This document shows, in pieces, positions 19,743 through 28,255 of a stretch of DNA of 49,452 nt (within the stretch, counting starts at the first letter, position 1; each line of letters begins with the position of its first letter). The notes beneath the pieces are model-generated. The model had not been told where the DNA came from. It saw only the letters and a list, made by a program, of their open reading frames with translations, and did no database searches. Origin of the DNA: a virus (lineage: Duplodnaviria > Caudoviricetes); IMG/VR virus record IMGVR_UViG_3300011437_000004, positions 1 to 49,452 of that record. The stretch is one strand, 5' to 3'. A program made the translations under genes and the position numbers.

Positions 19743-20786
19743 ATGAAAAAACCACTATTTGCCCCGACCGTACCGACCGTACCGTCCGAACCACCCCCTC
19801 CCCCCGTTGACCACATCCCGCTACCATGGCGTACCGGTCATGACATCGACGCCGCGCTCACCGCGCTCAGGTCCGTACTGTCCGCCCCCCCAGCCGCATC
19901 CGTTGACCGTGACACCGTATTATCACTCATACGCTCTGAGTTATCCGCCATATCGGCGCCCCGCTCCCTCACCGTGACCGTCAAAAACGCCCCCCCCGTC
20001 ACTGTCGAGTGTGCGCATCCCCTCCTACCCACACTGATTCGCGTCGCGTACGTGAAGCTGCCCGTTGGCCATTGCGCCAACATGCTGCTAATCGGCCCGT
20101 CCGGCTGCGGAAAAACCACAATTGTTGCTCACCTAGCGCAGGCGTTGGCGCGCCCGTTTACGTGTCTCTCCCTTAGTGGTGGTCGCTCCGAGGGATCATT
20201 GCTAGGCCGCTATCTCCCCATCGGCACTAGCGGCGCCGGCTCATGGGACTATGTCCGTGCTGCATTCGTTGCCGCCTACTCATCCGGCCATGTCATCCTA
20301 CTCGATGAGCTAGACGCAGCCGATGAAAATGTATTGCTGTGTCTAAATTCAGCGCTGTCCAACGGCTCACTGTACCTAACCGACGCTGCCGGCACCGCAA
20401 TCCCGCGCCATCCCGACACCGTCATCGTCGCCGCCGCTAACACGTACGGATCTGGCGCAGACCGCATCTATGTAGGCCGCAACCAATTGGACGGCGCTAC
20501 CCTTGACCGTTTCTCTGCCGCCACGTTCATCGTTGACTACTCCCCCGAAATAGAAACCGCTATCGGCAATCCGCAGCTATTACAGTGGGCATGGCCATTG
20601 CGCGCCAAAGTCGCATTGCACAAGATCCGCCAAGTCATTAGCACGCGCTACATCGCCGATGCATCGGCCCTGATGTCCGCCGAAGTCTACACTCTCGCCG
20701 ACGCTCAGCGCTCCCTACTCTGCCGCTGGTCCCCCGAGGAGCTGTCCACATTAGGCATCCAGTGCCCGGAGGCTGGTGCCGAATGA
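19743..20786 (+). CDS. MoxR/CbbQ-type AAA+ ATPase (phage CobS-like)
   Basis: GPSGCGKT, LLDELDAA, AANTYGSG, GRNQLDGATLDRF; ATG after AAGGAATTGAC. Confidence 0.85.
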   Translation: MKKPLFAPTVPTVPSEPPPPPVDHIPLPWRTGHDIDAALTALRSVLSAPPAASVDRDTVLSLIRSELSAISAPRSLTVTVKNAPPVTVECAHPLLPTLIRVAYVKLPVGHCANMLLIGPSGCGKTTIVAHLAQALARPFTCLSLSGGRSEGSLLGRYLPIGTSGAGSWDYVRAAFVAAYSSGHVILLDELDAADENVLLCLNSALSNGSLYLTDAAGTAIPRHPDTVIVAAANTYGSGADRIYVGRNQLDGATLDRFSAATFIVDYSPEIETAIGNPQLLQWAWPLRAKVALHKIRQVISTRYIADASALMSAEVYTLADAQRSLLCRWSPEELSTLGIQCPEAGAE

Positions 20787-21679
20787 GCCGAAAAAACACC
20801 ACAACGACCGAGTACGGTCTGCAATTCGCGCGCGTAGGTGGACGCATCGCCATAACGGGCGCATTTGATGCCGCGCTATCCTACGCGCAACACCACTACG
20901 CGATGCATCCTCGCCTAGACTCTGAATGTCCGTTCCGCCGGTACCGCTCTGGCGTCCCGCACGAACGCGATGCATTCTACGGCGGCCCCTACGCCGAAGC
21001 GCTCACCCGTACCGCATGGCCAGAAGGCTTGGAATTGCTAGCAAAAATGCCGCTCGTAGCGCCCGATGTGCCCGTATCTATCAGGCGCAAACCGCGCTAC
21101 GGCCCCGATGGTGACGAACTGTGTAGTGACAGACTCTATGATGGCCGTTTGGGCGCCGCATGGTCGTCCCTACACCGTGCTACTCGCGCCGGTTCCCCCA
21201 TCGTCACCCTGGCCATCGATCTATTCGCCGGTGCCACTCAACCCGCGTCGGAGCTGATTTATCGCGGCATCGCCGCCGTACGCGCCGTTGACGCATTGGA
21301 GACTGCCGGATACCGCGTCGAACTGTATGTGTGCAAGCACACTAACTTGGACCCGTGCGAAGTACCCACAACCGTTGTGCTCCGCGTCAAAGCCGCCAAC
21401 GAGTCGTTGAACGTTGACCGCGTACTATTCGCATGCGCGCACCCATCATCATTGCGATTCGTCATTTTCTCGCTGCTAACTTCCGTTTTCACGCCCGTAG
21501 ACTCCATTTCCGAACGCATCGGCATTCCCGACGAGTGTACCATCGACATGGTCGCCACCGCCTCCAGCGTCCGTCCCGATTACGTAGTTCCCGGTAGCAC
21601 ACTAGCCGTTCACGATGCAGTCATCGAAACCCAAAACATAGCCACCAGGATTACAGGAGTAACCCGCAATGCCCGCTAA
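20783..21679 (+). CDS. vWA-like (CobT-like) partner of the AAA ATPase
   Basis: ATGA-coupled to the ATPase; RGIAAVRAVDALETAGYRVEL motif of phage vWA partners; MIDAS looks degenerate. Confidence 0.6.
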   Translation: MSRKNTTTTEYGLQFARVGGRIAITGAFDAALSYAQHHYAMHPRLDSECPFRRYRSGVPHERDAFYGGPYAEALTRTAWPEGLELLAKMPLVAPDVPVSIRRKPRYGPDGDELCSDRLYDGRLGAAWSSLHRATRAGSPIVTLAIDLFAGATQPASELIYRGIAAVRAVDALETAGYRVELYVCKHTNLDPCEVPTTVVLRVKAANESLNVDRVLFACAHPSSLRFVIFSLLTSVFTPVDSISERIGIPDECTIDMVATASSVRPDYVVPGSTLAVHDAVIETQNIATRITGVTRNAR

Positions 21680-22301
21680 TACCACATTAGACCGACTACA
21701 GTCTCAGATCGACGCCCGCAAGGCCGTCGGATACCACAGTACCGAATGTGACTGCGCGCGCCGCGGCGAGTACGGTACATTCGATTTTTGGCTATCGCGC
21801 GGCCTATCTGTAATGCGCGGAAGCACATCCTTTTGCGTCCCCGGCTTGGTGCCTAACTCTGATTTTGTCTTCTGTCGCTGCCTAGTATCCGACCAGAGGC
21901 GCAACCCATGCCCGTGGCAACCGCCCCCCCAATGGATATCTGTAAACGAGCGCAACGGTCGCCCCGTCGTCAAGCGCTCTGGGTCCAATGGCCGTTCCCG
22001 CAAGCCCCACCCCGCCCCCACCACAGCCGGGCCAAGCCCCGTGCTTACCCCCATGCTTGCCGCCATCGCCAAAGCGCTGGGCAACGCCCATTGGTACAAC
22101 GGATATCTTGAAAGCCGCATCCTCCCGATGATTGAGGAAGCCTACCAGTCTCTATCACCCGGTGACGCGTCAACGTTCGTTTTCCGCCCGTCCCCCCCGT
22201 TGTCCATCATTCACGACCTAAAAAAGGCCAATGTTGCGCACCTGTTACTTAACGACGTTGAAAGTCCCGACAGCGTTTTGATCGCCAAAGTAATCGGCTA
22301 G
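21669..22301 (+). CDS. Hypothetical protein
   Basis: 210 aa, AGGAG RBS, Cys-containing N-terminal half. Confidence 0.7.
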   Translation: MPANTTLDRLQSQIDARKAVGYHSTECDCARRGEYGTFDFWLSRGLSVMRGSTSFCVPGLVPNSDFVFCRCLVSDQRRNPCPWQPPPQWISVNERNGRPVVKRSGSNGRSRKPHPAPTTAGPSPVLTPMLAAIAKALGNAHWYNGYLESRILPMIEEAYQSLSPGDASTFVFRPSPPLSIIHDLKKANVAHLLLNDVESPDSVLIAKVIG

Positions 22302-22332
22302 GTCCTTTGCCCAAAGCCGTTTACAAAAAATA

Positions 22333-22364
22333 GGGGCGTACCGTTGCTGGTCGCCCCATCTTTT
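22333..22364 (+). terminator. Probable intrinsic terminator
   Basis: GGGGCG..ACC/GGT..CGCCCC stem followed by ATCTTTT; an upstream A-run suggests bidirectional use. Confidence 0.55.
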
Positions 22365-22376
22365 AGCGCAAATTAT

Positions 22377-22405
22377 TTGACAGACCCTCCCCTTGCCGAT
22401 ATATT
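22377..22405 (+). promoter_or_regulatory. Sigma70-type promoter
   Basis: TTGACA-17 nt-TATATT. Confidence 0.75.
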
Positions 22406-22469
22406 ACTATTGTGGTAGTCGCGACCTACACAACATCGTAGGCCGCGCTACATCTTGGAGAATTGACCC

Positions 22470-23024
22470 ATGAAAGCCACCGAATTCCGTGACCTCCGAC
22501 TAAATAACTTAGTTCAATTCTTGTCCGAACGCTCCCCCACCAAAGAGCGCAAGGCACTTCAAAAAGCCTACGCCAAAAGCAAAAGCGCCAAGGGCAGTGC
22601 CACACACCGTCACACCGCATGGCCTAACTTCGCCTACCATCTACAGTTTGGCAAACACCTTGGCCCCTACGCTTCCGCATTCGCACCCGAAAGCCAATGC
22701 ATCGCCAACGTGCAAGCGCTGCTAGTGAATGTAATCCTTTGTGGCCATAGTGCTGTAAAGGTCGCTTCGTGGCGCGCCGCCCGCGGCCTAGCCAACACCA
22801 TATCCAAAAAGTATAATTGCGTCGGCGCCTCCACCGTCGCTGCCTACATCGCGCAATCCATGCTCAACCGCAAGGGTTATGAGTGTGAGTACATCAGCGT
22901 CGTTCACGCAGCCATGTGCTGCTATCCCCTGTCAGAGCGTGACACAACCGAAAAAATGCATGCCATTTACACTACGTTTGCAGTCATTCTCACGGAGTAT
23001 TTAACCGTTGCCCCCAAAAGATAA
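22470..23024 (+). CDS. Hypothetical protein
   Basis: 184 aa; ATG after GGAGAATTGAC. Confidence 0.75.
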   Translation: MKATEFRDLRLNNLVQFLSERSPTKERKALQKAYAKSKSAKGSATHRHTAWPNFAYHLQFGKHLGPYASAFAPESQCIANVQALLVNVILCGHSAVKVASWRAARGLANTISKKYNCVGASTVAAYIAQSMLNRKGYECEYISVVHAAMCCYPLSERDTTEKMHAIYTTFAVILTEYLTVAPKR

Positions 23025-23117
23025 GATATTCTCCGCTGCCGTTCTGTTACTATGTATAATTCTGTCCGCTGCCGTGTTGCTGTTCGCGCCCGGCTGCCTT
23101 TAGAAAGGAATTGACCC

Positions 23118-23582
23118 ATGTCCGTAGACAATTTTGACGGCCTTGACTCCCCCAATGAATCCGTTCGCAGAGCTGAGTTTGTTCGCCTATGTGAGGCCCG
23201 CGCCCAATGGCTGCTTGCACACCCTCATACTCTGGACATGTTCTCTCGCGCCCAAAACACTATCCGTTTACTGCGTGAAGCATTTCGCTCCCCCAACCCT
23301 CAACTGGAAGCAATCCCATTTGACGACCCATCATCCCCCGTTGGCGTCAGCATGCTGCTCACAGTCAACATCGAAAAAGAAAACTATATTGGCTGCATTT
23401 CCGTGGGCGTCATCCAATGCGAGCAGATGGACCGCGACTGCATGCAACGCGTCATGCCCGGCGCTGCCTGCTACAGCCCCGAGTCCGAGAAGCAACACCT
23501 ATTTTCAAACATCCTCAGCGAAGTACGCGACGCCGCCGCCCTTGCCCGCGACGCCGCCGCCTCCCGTTCCTCCTCCAACTGA
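23118..23582 (+). CDS. Hypothetical protein
   Basis: 154 aa; ATG after AAGGAATTGAC. Confidence 0.75.
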   Translation: MSVDNFDGLDSPNESVRRAEFVRLCEARAQWLLAHPHTLDMFSRAQNTIRLLREAFRSPNPQLEAIPFDDPSSPVGVSMLLTVNIEKENYIGCISVGVIQCEQMDRDCMQRVMPGAACYSPESEKQHLFSNILSEVRDAAALARDAAASRSSSN

Positions 23583-23596
23583 AAGGACCGATTACT

Positions 23597-24442
23597 ATGA
23601 TTATTCCACGATCCGTGTTGAACATCACCGCCATCGCCGCCAAAGAGCCGTCCCGCTACGCCGTCGACGCCGTCCAGTTCACCCGCGATGCCTATCACCC
23701 CGCCACCCCCACCGCTCACCCCCTCTGCCACGCCGCTACCACCAACGGCTACAGTGCAATAGAGGTTAGCTGGTGTGACCATGCCGCCCGTCAGTCCCCT
23801 TCCCACCACCCCGAGGGCGCCGGCAACATAATCGTTGTGCCAAACGCTTGCTTCCGCCCCCTCATCTCGGCCAAAGTCCTCAACGCTGTGAAAAAGCACA
23901 TCCCCAAGCGCCCGTTCCGTGACCACCTTCACCCCACCAACCCCGTCACCGTCGTCACCATCGATGAGCACTCGCTGTCCAATCCCAACGCCGATGGCGT
24001 CCACCTCCAAGCCGTCGTCTCTGACGGCAGCCTCTCTAATACCCATCAGCTCTACATACCAACAGAAGAGCCCGGCGCCACGTTCCCAAAGCTGGACGAT
24101 CTGTTTGATGCCGCGGCCCAGAACCAAACCGTATCGTTGTGTGTGAACGCCCGCCTGCTAAGCACACTATTAGACTCTATTGACAAAGTCGCTACCCAAG
24201 ATGGAGACTCCTCCGGCGCCGTCGTTGAACTGTGTGTCCCATTGGAATCGCCCTGCGGCGCCACCCGCGCCAAGAACACCACCATTGTCATCAATCTGTT
24301 AGGAATCAATGGCGACTCATACACTATGCAACCTCCGTCCGTGGCCGTCCGCGCTGCCATCATGCCCATAGATAGTCCACGCGGCTCCGGTCCGGCTGCC
24401 CCCGCATGTGCCTGTACCTGCCCGCCGGAGCCAACCAAATGA
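23597..24442 (+). CDS. Sliding-clamp (DnaN)-like protein, degenerate
   Basis: Start MIIPRS; AAKEPSRYAVDAVQF...ATTNG...FPKLDDL...VNARLL...AAIMPI mirrors beta-clamp motifs. Confidence 0.5.
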   Translation: MIIPRSVLNITAIAAKEPSRYAVDAVQFTRDAYHPATPTAHPLCHAATTNGYSAIEVSWCDHAARQSPSHHPEGAGNIIVVPNACFRPLISAKVLNAVKKHIPKRPFRDHLHPTNPVTVVTIDEHSLSNPNADGVHLQAVVSDGSLSNTHQLYIPTEEPGATFPKLDDLFDAAAQNQTVSLCVNARLLSTLLDSIDKVATQDGDSSGAVVELCVPLESPCGATRAKNTTIVINLLGINGDSYTMQPPSVAVRAAIMPIDSPRGSGPAAPACACTCPPEPTK

Positions 24443-24741
24443 GAGTTCCCAAAACCGCGCCCAACTCCGGCCTGCGAAAAAGCCAGTACAAAGCAACCAT
24501 CCGCTTTGACGTAACTGTTGAAATGATGGAAGCCACCAACCACTGCGCCGCCGCCCACGGCATAGAAGTGGCATCCCTAGTGCGCATCGCCCTCGCCCAA
24601 AAGCTGTACGACCACACGGGCAACGATGCGTTCCTACGTGAAAGCGTCGCCCATGCTCGCATCGGGTCCACCCCCGTCCCTACGCCCGACCCCGTCCGTT
24701 CCTGCCACCGCCGCACCTACCCGGAGACCCCAAATGCGTAA
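24439..24741 (+). CDS. Ribbon-helix-helix-like DNA-binding protein
   Basis: ATIRFDVT strand followed by two helices (VASLVRIAL); ATGA-coupled. Confidence 0.5.
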   Translation: MRVPKTAPNSGLRKSQYKATIRFDVTVEMMEATNHCAAAHGIEVASLVRIALAQKLYDHTGNDAFLRESVAHARIGSTPVPTPDPVRSCHRRTYPETPNA

Positions 24742-25162
24742 AGAAATCCCCCGCATGTCGCTCACCCTCAAAGCGCTGCGTGAATTTAATAATTTCGCAA
24801 TAGACTCTATGCGACGTCTCGCCGAACAGGACGGCCTGCCCATCACCCACATCCGCCCGATGATGTCCCCGCACGGCGTTCTAAAATTTGCCCAAGAAGT
24901 GTTTCTATCCTGGTCCCTACGCCGCAACGCCGATGGCTCATGTGAGCTAGTGCCTCGCCGCTACGACGGCGTCCCCTCCAACGTCACCCCCCTCACCGTC
25001 GCCGACCTGGGCTATCTCTGCGGCATACCCGCCGGCGTGGCCCGCAACGCCATCCGCACCCTCAGCAGCGGCTTCGCGCCGCTCCGTGACGCCGCCCCCA
25101 TCCCCACCCTCCACCCCCCCACTTTTCTAGCCGAAGGGAGCCCCACTAATGACAAAACCTAA
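24734..25162 (+). CDS. Hypothetical protein, possible C-terminal HTH
   Basis: Start MRKEIPR after GGAG; LTVADLGYLCGIPAGVARNAI. Confidence 0.55.
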   Translation: MRKEIPRMSLTLKALREFNNFAIDSMRRLAEQDGLPITHIRPMMSPHGVLKFAQEVFLSWSLRRNADGSCELVPRRYDGVPSNVTPLTVADLGYLCGIPAGVARNAIRTLSSGFAPLRDAAPIPTLHPPTFLAEGSPTNDKT

Positions 25163-25165
25163 CTT

Positions 25166-25516
25166 CTAGGCGTTATCTTTAGATTTTAGAAATGTCAGAA
25201 TTAAACCCGCTTCAGCCACAATGGCCTGATTTGTCGGGTACGTTGGGGGCGACAACAGCCGTTCTCTTGTCGTAGTATTATACAGTGCCTCCGTTATCGC
25301 CTTCACCCGCAGCGCCACCGCCGCGACAGTCAGCCCGTCCAGCACTGTCCAAGCCCAAAGCGCCTCAGCCATCGTCTCAACCACACTATGCGCCGGAATC
25401 GTCCCCTGTACCGGAAGCTCCCCTCCCGTGTACCTGGTGCGCTCCGTGGCCACCCGCTTTGCCATCTCGTAGCACCACACCGCATGGTCCCGCCTCACCG
25501 ACCCATACTTAATCAT
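25166..25516 (-). CDS. Hypothetical protein
   Basis: 116 aa; last gene of a tightly packed minus-strand island. Confidence 0.65.
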   Translation of the reverse strand: MIKYGSVRRDHAVWCYEMAKRVATERTRYTGGELPVQGTIPAHSVVETMAEALWAWTVLDGLTVAAVALRVKAITEALYNTTTRERLLSPPTYPTNQAIVAEAGLILTFLKSKDNA

Positions 25517-25519
25517 AAC

Positions 25520-26152
25520 TCAAACCTCAAAACCCAGCGTTGCGTAATACTTCGCGACCAACAGCTCATTTGTCCCCCACGTCTCCTCAAAAAACATCGA
25601 CATAGGGTAATACGCAAACGACGTACTCAGCTCGCTGCTATCCTCATAGTAAAGAAAGGTTTCCGTGCCGCCGGACGTCCGGTGATAAACCTTGACCCGT
25701 ATTTGATGGCCCGTTGGACCGTTATCAACCCCTTTTTTCGCTTCCACCTGCCACACCATTTCCGACGCCGCGGCCACTTCAACGCCGTCCAAATCGCCCG
25801 CGAGCGTCGCGAAGGAGCCAAGAAAGTGCTCACTGTAGCTCATGGGGGGATCAGTATACGGCCCGTAGCTCAGGTCCAGTCGCCGATCCGCCTGTGTGGT
25901 GGACAGCCGGCCATACGTTCCAATATCCGGATGTGTCTGCCCATGCGCCCATCGCCGGATCGTAGTCCCCGGATCACCGAGGTCTCCACCTCTCGCCACG
26001 GGAATGACCCCTCGCGGCGCGATGACACCGCCAACCCTCCCGCCGCCCGTCCCCGGCACCTCCCCATCAATGAGCACGGCATCCGTCTGACACGTATGCG
26101 CTACAGACCCCACATTCGTAACGAGTCTCAACGTAATAGAATTAGTAGCCAC
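25520..26152 (-). CDS. Probable virion structural (beta-rich) protein
   Basis: 210 aa, GTG start abutting the previous stop. Confidence 0.6.
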   Translation of the reverse strand: MATNSITLRLVTNVGSVAHTCQTDAVLIDGEVPGTGGGRVGGVIAPRGVIPVARGGDLGDPGTTIRRWAHGQTHPDIGTYGRLSTTQADRRLDLSYGPYTDPPMSYSEHFLGSFATLAGDLDGVEVAAASEMVWQVEAKKGVDNGPTGHQIRVKVYHRTSGGTETFLYYEDSSELSTSFAYYPMSMFFEETWGTNELLVAKYYATLGFEV

Positions 26153-27055
26153 TCACACCGCCTCTGTGTGATACTCGACGCTCACCGAAAGTGTGCCGTC
26201 CGGATCATCGCATGTCACCGTAATGTCATCGCCGTTGGCGCCCGCAACGCCCTGGAATGTCACCACAAGGCCGGAACTCGGCGCCAGACCCGGATGCTTC
26301 GCAAGCCGCAAGCTCCCAATTTTCACCTCAACACTAATATAGACAGGTGTCGCGGGGTCGCTCCCGGCACCCAGGGTTATCTCGACCGACTTGATAACGG
26401 CACGCGTGCCTGCGCTGATCGCTTGCAGCACGGCAGCCGATTGAGCAGCTGTGTAGTCATTTGAAACAAGTGTATTGTTGGGGTGCCCCGCAATAAGCGC
26501 AGCGCCATAGCGTGTCATCAACTGGTCGGTACGATCTCCAGTCGCCACGCTCGTCGGCGTCGCCGCCGTCGCCACCGCGCGTCCGCCCACCTTAATCGGG
26601 TTCCCGGCATCCGCCGCATCGTGCGCCGTGGCTCCCACCACCTGCGCATTAAAGTTGCTCGCTGTATCTTGAGTCACCTTCCCAATAGCGTTCGTGCCTG
26701 CCGGCAACGCCGCATCAGTGGCCAGCGTCACCCTCTGCGTGTTCCCCGTCACCACGCCCGACCCACCCTGCACACCCGCCTGCCCCACTATAATGTTCGC
26801 CTTCGCACGGTCGCTCTCGTCCCAATCATCAACCACACTCAGGCTGGCCGCCGCCGCTGCCGTCGCGCTCGCCGTCGCCGCAAGATTCCCCCCCGTCTCC
26901 TGCGCAATGTTCCCCGTCACCGCGACCGTGCCCGTCACAGGCTGCGGCGTTGTCCCTGTCGGATCATTCCGAATCGGATTCGTCGCCGTCCCCAGCGACA
27001 CGCCATTATCATCAGTCAGATGCACCAATGGCTCTATGTGTTCTATGTCACCCAT
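26153..27055 (-). CDS. Probable tail/head fibre protein
   Basis: 300 aa, Ala/Thr/Gly-rich (PVTGTV, LPAGTNAIGKV, GATAHDAADAGNPIKVGG) with a C-terminal beta-sandwich-like domain. Confidence 0.55.
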   Translation of the reverse strand: MGDIEHIEPLVHLTDDNGVSLGTATNPIRNDPTGTTPQPVTGTVAVTGNIAQETGGNLAATASATAAAAASLSVVDDWDESDRAKANIIVGQAGVQGGSGVVTGNTQRVTLATDAALPAGTNAIGKVTQDTASNFNAQVVGATAHDAADAGNPIKVGGRAVATAATPTSVATGDRTDQLMTRYGAALIAGHPNNTLVSNDYTAAQSAAVLQAISAGTRAVIKSVEITLGAGSDPATPVYISVEVKIGSLRLAKHPGLAPSSGLVVTFQGVAGANGDDITVTCDDPDGTLSVSVEYHTEAV

Positions 27056-27060
27056 TGTTG

Positions 27061-27414
27061 TTACCCGGTCACCTCGCCAAACGTCGTAACATTCAGCTCG
27101 TTCCCCCCGTCCTCTTTGACCCTAAGTTCTTGCCCCGGATATAGGTCCAATCGCAGGCTCGACACCAACGGATTGCCAGGCGGCACCCTCACCTTCGTGA
27201 GCAGCGCCACACCGTTCGCCGCGTTTCCACTCCCGTCGCTCACCAACACCAAGTGCACGTACCTCATTGTGGCGACCTCTGGGTTATCAATCACAATGCT
27301 ATTAATTCTGTATGTGACACCCCGACCGGCCAGCACTAGTGAGTTGAACCCATCCCCACCCGCGATCGGGCTGCTATTGGTCACAATCCCCGCAATCGCC
27401 CTCCCTCCAGGCAT
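27061..27414 (-). CDS. Small beta-sandwich-like structural protein
   Basis: 117 aa, GAGGGAGG RBS; INSIVIDN...LDLYPGQELRV pattern. Confidence 0.6.
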   Translation of the reverse strand: MPGGRAIAGIVTNSSPIAGGDGFNSLVLAGRGVTYRINSIVIDNPEVATMRYVHLVLVSDGSGNAANGVALLTKVRVPPGNPLVSSLRLDLYPGQELRVKEDGGNELNVTTFGEVTG

Positions 27415-27451
27415 GTATCACCGTCCTCCCTCAACGCTCATACCCAAGAGC

Positions 27452-27835
27452 CTACGCCGACCCGTGACACGGCAGCCCGCGGACTACAATGTTGGTCGTA
27501 GTCGGCGCTGCCGCCGCCGGCCTGATCGCAAACTTCCCAATCTGCCACGTCCCATCCATCGCAATATCCATCGTGGTGTTGTTAGCTATGATAAAGTCAA
27601 ACAGGATGTCCGTCAGCTCCGTCACCGCATCCCCAAACACCGCCGTATCCAACAGCACCGCCCTCACCCGTATAATGCTCCCGCTCGTATTGCTTACAAA
27701 AAGCATCCTGCACTTGCACGGCATCGTGATCAGGCTGCTCACGTTCTGTAAGTAGCCCGCCGCCCCCGTCGTGCCCCTCAACACACTCGTAGGCGCCACT
27801 GTTTTAGATGTACTCAAAAACCCACCTCTGCCCAT
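27452..27835 (-). CDS. Small beta-sandwich-like protein, paralog of 27860-28201
   Basis: FLST...RMLFVSNTSGSIIRV...TNIVVRGL. Confidence 0.7.
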   Translation of the reverse strand: MGRGGFLSTSKTVAPTSVLRGTTGAAGYLQNVSSLITMPCKCRMLFVSNTSGSIIRVRAVLLDTAVFGDAVTELTDILFDFIIANNTTMDIAMDGTWQIGKFAIRPAAAAPTTTNIVVRGLPCHGSA

Positions 27836-27859
27836 TGTCCGCTCCCTTCTGTGTAGACT

Positions 27860-28201
27860 CTACCCGCTGACGCCCAGACCCACCACTGCAATGTTAGTCT
27901 CCGCTCCGTTAGACGCCTCTGTAAAGATCGCAATCCGATCCGTCTGCCTCGCACCATCGTGGCAAACGTCCACCATTCCCCCCACCGGAATGATCTCGTC
28001 ATACACGTTAACATCCGGTTCAAAAGACCCAAAGTCCCCATGCACCAGCACCTTGAGGATCCCATCGCTGTTATTCGTAACAAACACGGACCTCTGATAT
28101 CCACTGAACCGAAAAAAAGCCCGGTCCGTCAGACCCAGCGAGCCACTAACTAAAGTACCCTGCTGCGTCCGCTTCGTGCTCAAAAACGCATCTCTTGACA
28201 T
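27860..28201 (-). CDS. Small beta-sandwich-like protein, paralog of 27452-27835
   Basis: FLST...RSVFVTNNSDGILKV...TNIAVVGL. Confidence 0.7.
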   Translation of the reverse strand: MSRDAFLSTKRTQQGTLVSGSLGLTDRAFFRFSGYQRSVFVTNNSDGILKVLVHGDFGSFEPDVNVYDEIIPVGGMVDVCHDGARQTDRIAIFTEASNGAETNIAVVGLGVSG

Positions 28202-28223
28202 ACTGTTTGGCCCTCTCTATCCT
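28195..28223 (+). promoter_or_regulatory. Sigma70-type promoter for the polymerase operon
   Basis: TTGACA-17 nt-TATCCT; the -35 overlaps the start codon of the divergent gene. Confidence 0.6.
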
Positions 28224-28255
28224 GCCCGCCTCAACAACTGAAAAAGGAATTGACC

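Noticed and set aside
25388-27751. Long plus-strand ORFs of 358 and 422 aa
   Set aside because: Arg/Pro/His-rich shadows of well-formed minus-strand genes in stop-poor C-rich sequence.
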